The notes below the pieces were generated by a model. That model was not told where the DNA came from and searched no databases. It saw only the letters and a list, made by a program, of their open reading frames with translations. A program made the translations under genes and the position numbers. Shown piece after piece: positions 9,650 to 17,136 of a stretch of DNA of 32,000 nt (positions are counted from its first letter, which is position 1; every line of letters starts with the position of its first letter). This DNA is from Candidatus Hermodarchaeota archaeon. GTDB taxonomy: Archaea; Asgardarchaeota; Heimdallarchaeia; Hodarchaeales; Hodarchaeaceae. The stretch lies in the NCBI GenBank assembly GCA_048886185.1, contig JBHLKY010000006.1, forward strand, positions 30,001 to 62,000, read 5' to 3'.

Positions 9650-10411
9650 CTAAAAGTGTTTCACGAGAGAATGAAAAAGCAATGGATTGTTGTTAGCTGC
9701 TCTAGCAACCGAGAAAAACTGTACACCGGTATTTAGAACAGCTTGAGCACTTTTTTTATCCACTATAGAATTGTTTCCGATAAGAGGGGTATTTACATTG
9801 TTCTTATAATGCTTTAATAAAGCTAAATCAGTCCCTTTTTTTCCTATTTTATAGGAATCAATGTGCAAAAAGTCGAGTTGCCACTGCTTAACTCGAGGGA
9901 TAAATAAATCTGGATCGATTGCGTTTCCTCGAATCTTCAAAGAAACTTCAAAATCTTTTGACTGAAATACCCGAATGACATCTGTGAGCACATCAAAACG
10001 CTGTAAAAGACCCTGACCCCCTCCTTTTTGTGTTACTTCAGGTTGTTGACAATGAGCATTTATTTCAAGAATTGGATTCTCTTTTCTCGACGACAGATCA
10101 TGAAAATCTCTAGCAAATTTTCCAGCATTTTCAGAGTTGTTGATTCTTAGGTTGATGATAAGCTGAGAAAAATTAGAGATTTTATTAGCTTCTCTCAATA
10201 TTTGGCTTGATTCTTTTCCAACTTGAAGAGTGAATTCTTCTCGGCCCCTCTGAAGGATTTGATTTGAAGCCATAATCATTTCTTTACCTATTGAATATCC
10301 TCCGATAGTGACCCTCCCAGCGCCACCTTCTGATAAACATTGATTGGCAAAATCACCATTAGTTATTCCAGCCATTGCAGCCAGAATGCTTGGATTTACA
10401 AGAGTCCCCAT
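9650..10411 (-). CDS. Archaeal Dus/NifR3-related FMN TIM-barrel protein (MJ0144-like)
   Basis: ILAAMAGITNG, EINAHCQQPEV with a Dus-type Cys, GGGQGLL, VSLKIRG, LHIDS, IGNNSI, SVARAA. Its ATG abuts the cofD TGA. Confidence 0.8.
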   Translation of the reverse strand: MGTLVNPSILAAMAGITNGDFANQCLSEGGAGRVTIGGYSIGKEMIMASNQILQRGREEFTLQVGKESSQILREANKISNFSQLIINLRINNSENAGKFARDFHDLSSRKENPILEINAHCQQPEVTQKGGGQGLLQRFDVLTDVIRVFQSKDFEVSLKIRGNAIDPDLFIPRVKQWQLDFLHIDSYKIGKKGTDLALLKHYKNNVNTPLIGNNSIVDKKSAQAVLNTGVQFFSVARAANNNPLLFHSLVKHF

Positions 10412-11344
10412 TCAGCTACGATCCATAATTCGCTTAAACAAGCGGATAGCGTCATTCTTGGTGCGAATGTATATATCATCCAAAATTGGTTTAATCCCTT
10501 TTCCTTTGATTTCATCAATGTACTGCTTATCTGTATGATGAATCACCAAAGCGTCTAATACATCATGAAACATTTCTGCAATTACTGTAGGAGAAACATC
10601 ATGTCCCCACGCTCTTAAGAAATCCGCTGTTGGACCTGAAACGGGAGCTGATCCAATTATTGGACTAATAGCAACACGATAAGCTGAAGCGTTTTGTAAC
10701 GCTTCACGCAAAGGATACAGAGCTAGAATTGGTCCAATTGAGGAAATAGGGTTACTTGGACCGATTATAATTGTATTGGCTCTTTCAATGACATTTAGAA
10801 CCTGATCTGTTGTATTTCTAAGATCTCCTTCAAAAAACACATTTTTAACAGGTAATTTTCCCTTATATTTCACCCAAAACTCCTGTAAATGGAGTGTTTG
10901 ATTGGGTGTCCTAACTTTTGTTTGAATAACTTGATCTGCCATTGGTAATATACGAGATTGTATGTTCAACCTTTCCCTTATAATTTCTGTTGCCTCTGTA
11001 AGAGATTTTCCGTTATTCAGTAAATATGTTCTGAATAAGCATAATCCAGTATCAAAATCACCGAGATTGAACCAAATATCTTCTTTAAGTTGATCTTTAA
11101 GAAATTCAACTAGTTTAAAAGTATCATTCTTTATTCCCCACCATTTTTCTGTATCAATAAGATTGCTTAATGTCAATAAAATACTATCGATGTCAGGTGA
11201 TACATATAACCCGTAGAAATCCCAATCATCCCCAGTGTTTCCAATAACAGTAATTTGATGAGGATCAATAATCTTTACTACCCCGTGTAACAATTTAGGC
11301 GTTCCAGTACCCCCTGATAAGAAAACAACGCTTGGAGAACTCAA
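10412..11344 (-). CDS. cofD: 2-phospho-L-lactate transferase
   Basis: LSGGTGTPKL, NTGDD, VSPDID, WFNLGD, LPM, HLQEFWV, IGPSNP..SIGPIL, SPIIG..PVSGP. Confidence 0.95.
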   Translation of the reverse strand: MSSPSVVFLSGGTGTPKLLHGVVKIIDPHQITVIGNTGDDWDFYGLYVSPDIDSILLTLSNLIDTEKWWGIKNDTFKLVEFLKDQLKEDIWFNLGDFDTGLCLFRTYLLNNGKSLTEATEIIRERLNIQSRILPMADQVIQTKVRTPNQTLHLQEFWVKYKGKLPVKNVFFEGDLRNTTDQVLNVIERANTIIIGPSNPISSIGPILALYPLREALQNASAYRVAISPIIGSAPVSGPTADFLRAWGHDVSPTVIAEMFHDVLDALVIHHTDKQYIDEIKGKGIKPILDDIYIRTKNDAIRLFKRIMDRS

Positions 11345-11450
11345 TTTGTCATCTCCTTGGCTGAAATTAACTAATTTCTTTATTTTCTCTTCATTATCCC
11401 CCCCGTTATTTTAATAATAGTCTCGTAATCATCACCATGATTGAATAGCT

Positions 11451-12569
11451 ATGACTACACAAAACAATGAATGGGATCTTATTTTCCTTGGTGAAAATGA
11501 AAGTATAAATACTCAAACAGTTTGGCATGCTGCTAGCTTGGCAAGAAGTAGGGGAATCCAAAAACGCGATCTTGTCATTATTGACTGGCCAAAGGATCCA
11601 ATTGTCTGTTGTGGACTTCATCAATCCTTAAACCATGTGGTAGATCTGAATTATTGTGAAACACATAACATTCCAGTCGTCAGACGAGTTTGTGGAGGAG
11701 GTGCAGTTTTACTTGACTCAAACCAGCTCTTTTATAATATTGTGGCTCATATCGATTCTAATATTGTCCCACGCCAGATTATTAATTTATATTCAAAACT
11801 TCTCGAACCTGTTGTTAAAACTTATCGTCATTTTAATATTGAGGCTGAATATAGACCAGTGAACGACATTTTGGTCAAGGGGCGCAAAATTTCAGGAAAT
11901 GGAGCTGCTCTCTTAGAGAGTGCTCAAGTTTTGGTCGGGAATTTTATATTAGATTTTCCTCGTAAGGAGATGACCCAAATACTGCGGGTACCAGACGAAA
12001 AATTTCGTGATAAAGTCTATAAATCTTTAGAAGCTGGAATAACATCCTTCAAAGATGAGTTAGGTTACATTCCAAAACGAACTGATATTATTGATTCATA
12101 TACAGAACAACTTGAATCACTCCTCAATATTCACCTGACTTCAGCTACATTGGAACCAAAGACAATTGAATTGATGGAACAATTAAATTCTACCTATTTA
12201 ACAGATGAATGGAAATTTCAAGTGTCTCAAAGAGGGAAAAACCTGATTCATAAAGTTAAAATTCAAGCTTCAAATTACGTTGTTGAGGGAACCTATAAAT
12301 CAACAGGTGGCTTAATACAGGTGATTTGTGAGTTTCAAGGGTCAGTTCTTTTGGATATTCTAATAAGTGGTGATTTCTGGATTTATCCTGATCTTATCCT
12401 TCCTCAATTGGAGCAATATCTTCGTAAAGTTGATTTGAAGAAGATTGATTTGACATCTCATATTGAATCATTTTTATTCAATAATAATTGTGAAAGTCCT
12501 GGTACTACAGCAGCAGATTTAGCAAAATCAATACATAACGCATATGAGAACATTTCTCACGGTTCCTGA
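11451..12569 (+). CDS. lplA: Lipoate-protein ligase A family, catalytic domain plus C-terminal domain
   Basis: IVCCGLHQ, VVRRVCGGGAVLLD, NDILVKGRKISGNG, VGNFILDF; C-terminal YKSTGGLI and ISGDFW. Confidence 0.85.
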   Translation: MTTQNNEWDLIFLGENESINTQTVWHAASLARSRGIQKRDLVIIDWPKDPIVCCGLHQSLNHVVDLNYCETHNIPVVRRVCGGGAVLLDSNQLFYNIVAHIDSNIVPRQIINLYSKLLEPVVKTYRHFNIEAEYRPVNDILVKGRKISGNGAALLESAQVLVGNFILDFPRKEMTQILRVPDEKFRDKVYKSLEAGITSFKDELGYIPKRTDIIDSYTEQLESLLNIHLTSATLEPKTIELMEQLNSTYLTDEWKFQVSQRGKNLIHKVKIQASNYVVEGTYKSTGGLIQVICEFQGSVLLDILISGDFWIYPDLILPQLEQYLRKVDLKKIDLTSHIESFLFNNNCESPGTTAADLAKSIHNAYENISHGS

Positions 12570-12690
12570 TGACTATGAAGGTTAGATGGCGAAAAATCCG
12601 TCATTCGACGTGTTAGCTTAATATAGAGGCTCAAGAATCTGTTTAAGGTTAAAATAAAACTTTTTTACAGAAAAACTGTTGAATTTCACC

Positions 12691-13125
12691 CTAAATTGGT
12701 TGTATTCTCCAGAGTTGATAAATCTCAAAAATAAAGATTAAAATTCCAACAAGAGAGAAGATTACGAATAGAATTTCTACAAGTAGTGGTGTATCACCTT
12801 TAAAAAGTACTATGATTGTAAAAACGATCATTATGACTAAGTAAAAAGATAAATAACCCATAAAACGTGGGATAAGTCTTCGACGCAATCCAATAATTCC
12901 AGTATCTACTTCCTCCTTGATAAAATATTTACCTGTTTGATCTTGTGAAACCAAATCCACTTGAACTAGCTTATTAATATGATATGAAACCGAAGATGGG
13001 GAGGGAAGATCAAGTTCCTTTTGAATCTCACGAATACCTGAATTTCCCTGTTTAAGTAAGTACCAATAAATCTGAAGAGTTTTTCCTTTAAGAATTTCAT
13101 TTCGCTTTAAAGATTCTTCATTCAT
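12691..13125 (-). CDS. Winged-helix (ArsR-like) DNA-binding protein with two C-terminal TM helices
   Basis: TLQIYWYLL..GIREIQKELDLPSPSSVSYHINKL..KYFI is a wHTH, followed by two hydrophobic helices (FMGYLSFYLVIMIVFTIIVLF; LLVEILFVIFSLVGILIFIF). Confidence 0.8.
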   Translation of the reverse strand: MNEESLKRNEILKGKTLQIYWYLLKQGNSGIREIQKELDLPSPSSVSYHINKLVQVDLVSQDQTGKYFIKEEVDTGIIGLRRRLIPRFMGYLSFYLVIMIVFTIIVLFKGDTPLLVEILFVIFSLVGILIFIFEIYQLWRIQPI

Positions 13126-13298
13126 TGGCCCATTCCCACTTAGATGCTGAACACACTATAAAACTTCTCAAATATTTCGTCATTGGACTTTTCTTGAGTT
13201 TCCTGACATAGAATAAATGGCTTTCCCATTGTTGGAGCATCTTATTTAATATTCTTATCATTATCTACTTTTTGATCCTTTTTTCCTTATTTATTAAA

Positions 13299-13350
13299 AT
13301 GTCTTATGAAGTTCAAGACATATTCAATCTTTTTGTACAATATGTACAAA
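13299..13350. promoter_or_regulatory. Two adjacent inverted repeats, putative operators
   Basis: ATGTCTT-N9-AAGACAT (13299-13321) and TTTGTACA-ATA-TGTACAAA (13332-13350), between the divergent wHTH and surface-protein genes. Confidence 0.5.
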
Positions 13351-13440
13351 TAACCTGAACATCCCGTACCAAAGCATAATTATTTTAGAAAGATAAATCG
13401 AGGTTTTCCACAATAGTTATGGTTAAGGAAGGATGATTCA

Positions 13441-15267
13441 TTGAACTATAATGAAACAATAATAAAATCAAGTATTTTAATGATAGTATTAGGAGGTGCA
13501 ATTGCTGTAGGAACACTTAGTTCTGTTTTTATTCTCTACAATCTGAGTTTTCCTGATAAATTAGAAACTTTAAATCATAGTATCGACAATAGTATACCTC
13601 CTTCTACTAATAATGGTTTAATTATAAATTACCTCGTGGACTTTGTTGGGAATTGGAGTAATTTGGAAAGTTGTCCTGCTAATGGGCGCTATTTCACAGA
13701 CTATTCGATTAATCATGAAATCGAATTATTTGGAGCAGCAACTTTTGAACTTAAAGGAAATGGAAACTTAATGTTTAACCTTACAACTCATGATTGCGAA
13801 CGTAATTTAACCACTGGTGATTCCCTTCTTTTTAATTGGATGGATTTTGGGCCTCTAGATGACGCATGTTATATCGGGGTTGTTTTGCGCTTTAGAATTG
13901 ACACAGGGGAAACCAAGATCATTTATGTCGGAAAGCATTTTCATTGCCTCTATGGAAATGGATCTGTTGCTGTTTTAAAATTTGCCAGCCCAATAGTCGA
14001 GTTAGGAACAGTTTGGGAACAGTGGGGTATTAAGATGAATCCCTTTTTTGAGTTCTTTAATACCACAAGCATGACCCTGTTTGCGATATCATTTATTCAT
14101 CAAAGTACAGATGCCAATAACGGCCCAAGATTTGTACGCTACTCCCAACCTCTTTTAGTTGGTGAATTACCGAAAAGTTCCGAGAGTACAGGCGCATTTC
14201 TAGGTACTTTCACTCCATCTCCAAGTGATGGTTTAATTACAAATTACCTCGTGGACTTTGTTGGGAATTGGAGTAATTTGGAAAGTTGTCCTGCTAATGG
14301 GCGCTATTTCACAGACTATTCGATTAATCATGAAATCGAATTATTTGGAGCAGCAACTTTTGAACTTAAAGGAAATGGAAACTTAATGTTTAACCTTACA
14401 ACTCATGATTGCGAACGTAATTTAACCACTGGTGATTCCCTTCTTTTTAATTGGATGGATTTTGGGCCTCTAGATGACGCATGTTATATCGGGGTTGTTT
14501 TGCGCTTTAGAATTGACACAGGGGAAACCAAGATCATTTATGTCGGAAAGCATTTTCATTGCCTCTATGGAAATGGATCTGTTGCTGTTTTAAAATTTGC
14601 CAGCCCAATAGTCGAGTTAGGAACAGTTTGGGAACAGTGGGGTATTAAGATGAATCCCTTTTTTGAGTTCTTTAATACCACAAGCATGACCCTGTTTGCG
14701 ATATCATTTATTCATCAAAGTACAGATGCCAATAACGGCCCAAGATTTGTACGCTACTCCCAACCTCTTTTAGTTGGTGAATTACCGAAAAGTTCCGAGA
14801 GTACAGGCGCATTTCTAGGTACTTTCACCCCAGAATGGTTAGTTCCTTCCCCGCCTCTTAATCTACAGGCCACAGCGGGAAATAACAAAATTTATTTAAC
14901 TTGGGAGGCACCGAGTGATAACGGTAGCTCTAATATATTAGATTATAGGATTTATCGATCTACAGCTCTTTCAGACTATTCATTATTAGGAATTACTTCA
15001 GGTACAGAGCTTATTGACGCAACTGTAATCAACGGACAGACTTATCACTATATAGTGACAGCAAGAAACATTGTTGGCGAAAGTGACATCTCGAATGAAG
15101 TAACTGTAACTCCAATATCCTCTACCTCAGATTCAATCTCTACTACTATGTCTTCTTCTAAAATCAATGGTTATGAAATTACTCCTGGATTTACCATTTT
15201 TTGGATCATTCTCCCTATATTTCTAATTTTAGGGATTAAGAAAAGAAAGCTTTATTATAAAGAATAA
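13441..15267 (+). CDS. Cell-surface protein: N-terminal signal/TM, two identical ~200-aa domains, FN3, Ser/Thr linker, PGF-CTERM-like anchor
   Basis: Hydrophobic N-terminus; duplicated domain with 4 Cys and 5 N-x-S/T sequons per copy; FN3 (PSPPLNLQA..LTWEAP..YRIYR..YHYIVTARN..GES); C-terminal TPGF-TM-KKRK. TTG start after an AAGGA/GGATGA SD-like site. Confidence 0.85.
   Translation: MNYNETIIKSSILMIVLGGAIAVGTLSSVFILYNLSFPDKLETLNHSIDNSIPPSTNNGLIINYLVDFVGNWSNLESCPANGRYFTDYSINHEIELFGAATFELKGNGNLMFNLTTHDCERNLTTGDSLLFNWMDFGPLDDACYIGVVLRFRIDTGETKIIYVGKHFHCLYGNGSVAVLKFASPIVELGTVWEQWGIKMNPFFEFFNTTSMTLFAISFIHQSTDANNGPRFVRYSQPLLVGELPKSSESTGAFLGTFTPSPSDGLITNYLVDFVGNWSNLESCPANGRYFTDYSINHEIELFGAATFELKGNGNLMFNLTTHDCERNLTTGDSLLFNWMDFGPLDDACYIGVVLRFRIDTGETKIIYVGKHFHCLYGNGSVAVLKFASPIVELGTVWEQWGIKMNPFFEFFNTTSMTLFAISFIHQSTDANNGPRFVRYSQPLLVGELPKSSESTGAFLGTFTPEWLVPSPPLNLQATAGNNKIYLTWEAPSDNGSSNILDYRIYRSTALSDYSLLGITSGTELIDATVINGQTYHYIVTARNIVGESDISNEVTVTPISSTSDSISTTMSSSKINGYEITPGFTIFWIILPIFLILGIKKRKLYYKE
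13626..14828 (+). repeat. Intragenic tandem direct repeat, 2 x 588 bp, period 615 bp
   Basis: 13626-14213 matches 14241-14828 with no mismatch found by eye. Homology extends about 13 bp left, with one T/C difference (13625/14240). Confidence 0.97.
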
Positions 15268-15319
15268 CAACATACCCTTACCTAAATAAATAATCTCAGG
15301 AAAAATCTTCACTTAGGGG

Positions 15320-15484
15320 ATTCTAATAAGTAGTGATTCCTGATTTGTTGCAGTCTCATTCTTCCTCAATTCTCACATAGAATCATTTTTAAACAGTAAT
15401 AGCTGTAAAAGTTCAGGCATTACAGCAGAAGATTTGGCACAACCAATTCATAACGCTTATGTGAACATTTCTTGCTGTTCTTAA
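15320..15484 (+). pseudogene. Decayed copy of the lplA 3' end (lplA 12357-12569)
   Basis: 15371-15484 reads SHIESFLNSNSCKSSGITAEDLAQPIHNAYVNISCCS* against lplA SHIESFLFNNNCESPGTTAADLAKSIHNAYENISHGS* (24/114 nt differ; 25/37 aa identical). 15320-15371 matches lplA 12357-12409, with Trp->TGA, a 1-nt indel and a 47-nt deletion. Confidence 0.9.
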
Positions 15485-15513
15485 CACTTCAAAAGATACT
15501 TAGTGAATTCATA

Positions 15514-16140
15514 ATGTCTTCCTCCTCTGCGGATTGGGAATCTTATGCGAAAAACACCAGATCTGCAATCATCCAAGCATATTATTTTTTTACATTGTGG
15601 AGAAATTACCTTATTTTATTAAGTGGTTTAAAAATACCTCAGGGTTCTTTATTAGAGCTAGGCTCCTCGACAGGCTTGAATTCGTTACGTCTTTCAAAAA
15701 AATATAAGCTAAAACCAACTTTAGTAGACATATCGAGACTTGCACTAAAATCCGCATATAGCCTTTATCATCAATCCAATATAATTCCAGAATTAATACA
15801 AGAAGACGTGTTAACATTATCTCTTAATCGTAAGTTTGATTTTGTCCATTCACATGGATTACTAGAGCACTTTAGCCAATCAGCCCAAAAAATTGTTTTT
15901 CACAATCATGCGAAACATGTTTGTCCAGGGGGATGGCTTATTTGTTGGGTTCCGACCCCTGATATATTGTATCGTTTAAATCGCTGGTATTTAGAACGAA
16001 CAGGTCAATGGATATTCGGTTATGAAAAACCATTTCACAATAAGGACTTTATTTCCCTTTTTAGGCAAGAATGTTTTCAAATCAAAAAAATAAGTCATCT
16101 CCCAGGTTGGCTAGGGATTGCAGCAAAAAAACCTCAATAA
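15514..16140 (+). CDS. Class I SAM-dependent methyltransferase
   Basis: LLELGSSTG (motif I), LVDIS, EDVL, FDFVHSHGLLEHF, PGGWL. ATG 15514 is preferred because TTG 15472 lies inside the lplA remnant. Confidence 0.85.
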   Translation: MSSSSADWESYAKNTRSAIIQAYYFFTLWRNYLILLSGLKIPQGSLLELGSSTGLNSLRLSKKYKLKPTLVDISRLALKSAYSLYHQSNIIPELIQEDVLTLSLNRKFDFVHSHGLLEHFSQSAQKIVFHNHAKHVCPGGWLICWVPTPDILYRLNRWYLERTGQWIFGYEKPFHNKDFISLFRQECFQIKKISHLPGWLGIAAKKPQ

Positions 16141-16158
16141 TGAAAATTAAAGTTCACT

Positions 16159-17136
16159 TTAGAAGATTGAAGGCTCCTCATCAGGATTAAATGAAAAAAT
16201 ATCACTAGGAGGCAAGATACGGGCCACTTTCCCAGTTTTTCCATGGATAGAATATGGTAATCGGAGTAAACGTCGTAAATCGATAGTTACCTTATGATCA
16301 ATACGAGGTACCCATCGACGTAAAATTTCATCGTACTTATTTATTTTTGCGATACGAAGATTAATGTTCCGCAGAAGATTATCATCCATATTTCCTTCTT
16401 GGTGTTCTAGCTGCTTCATGATATTTGTAGCAGAAGTAGAACCAAGACCTAAGTTTATGAGGTCTTTTCGACGGACATTTTTAAGAAAGTACTTGAAAAC
16501 AGTATGTTCAATTCGATTACGAAAATCATACTTTAATTTCTCACGATCTTGAATTCTAGCTGTTTCTGCTTCTCCATGAATGACTGAAAGATAATCGATT
16601 ATCGACATGCGTTGTTCTTGATTTAATAAAAAACCTAGGTTGTCATTAACCCATCCGTGCACACCCCGACGCCCAGAAAATACCCATTTAATTTCCTTCA
16701 TTCCAAAATCAAGTCGTAATGTTTCATCTATGATATCGACAGCTAGATTTACTAGTTGCCAACACCGAATGCACACCTGGTCAGCCCCTTGACACTCACA
16801 GATAAACTGACGAACTACATCATACTCGTTCAGGTCAATATCAAAGACAAGTTCATGTCCAAACCACTCGAGAGTATGAATAGGGGTTTCTCGAGTGGGT
16901 GACTCATTATAAACTGCACCAATATAAGCATGAAAAGGAGTCCGATCCACCAAGAAATCAATCAAGGCTTGAGGATTTTCAAACGAAATATTCCGAAAAA
17001 ACTTCCCTCCGAGTGTAGCAAAACCAAATTCGCGAGTTGAAAATTTCGAGAAATTTATAACTGATTTAAGCTCATCAATATTGAATCTTGTGGAATAATA
17101 ATCACGAAGGGCTGTTCGCTGTTGAACTCGATTCAC
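16159..17136 (-). CDS. priS: DNA primase catalytic subunit, eukaryote-like
   Basis: REFGF, IGAVY, ELVFDIDL, Zn knuckle CECQGADQVCIRCW, WVFSGRRGVH, RIDHKVT..LLRLPYSIHGKTGK. GTG start overlaps the priL TGA (GTGA). Confidence 0.96.
   Translation of the reverse strand: MNRVQQRTALRDYYSTRFNIDELKSVINFSKFSTREFGFATLGGKFFRNISFENPQALIDFLVDRTPFHAYIGAVYNESPTRETPIHTLEWFGHELVFDIDLNEYDVVRQFICECQGADQVCIRCWQLVNLAVDIIDETLRLDFGMKEIKWVFSGRRGVHGWVNDNLGFLLNQEQRMSIIDYLSVIHGEAETARIQDREKLKYDFRNRIEHTVFKYFLKNVRRKDLINLGLGSTSATNIMKQLEHQEGNMDDNLLRNINLRIAKINKYDEILRRWVPRIDHKVTIDLRRLLRLPYSIHGKTGKVARILPPSDIFSFNPDEEPSIF

Noticed and set aside
12585-12602. Hairpin GATGG-N8-CCGTC after lplA as a terminator or small RNA
   Set aside because: The stem is only 5 bp with a wobble pair and has no adjacent U-tract.
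13626-14828. Diversity-generating retroelement TR/VR pair or CRISPR-like array
   Set aside because: The repeat is 588 bp, in frame, and has no adenine-specific mismatches or spacers. No reverse transcriptase or cas gene is in the window.
12570-15319. Classical integrative element or transposon
   Set aside because: No integrase, transposase, terminal inverted repeats or tRNA target; reported instead as a homology-bounded islet.
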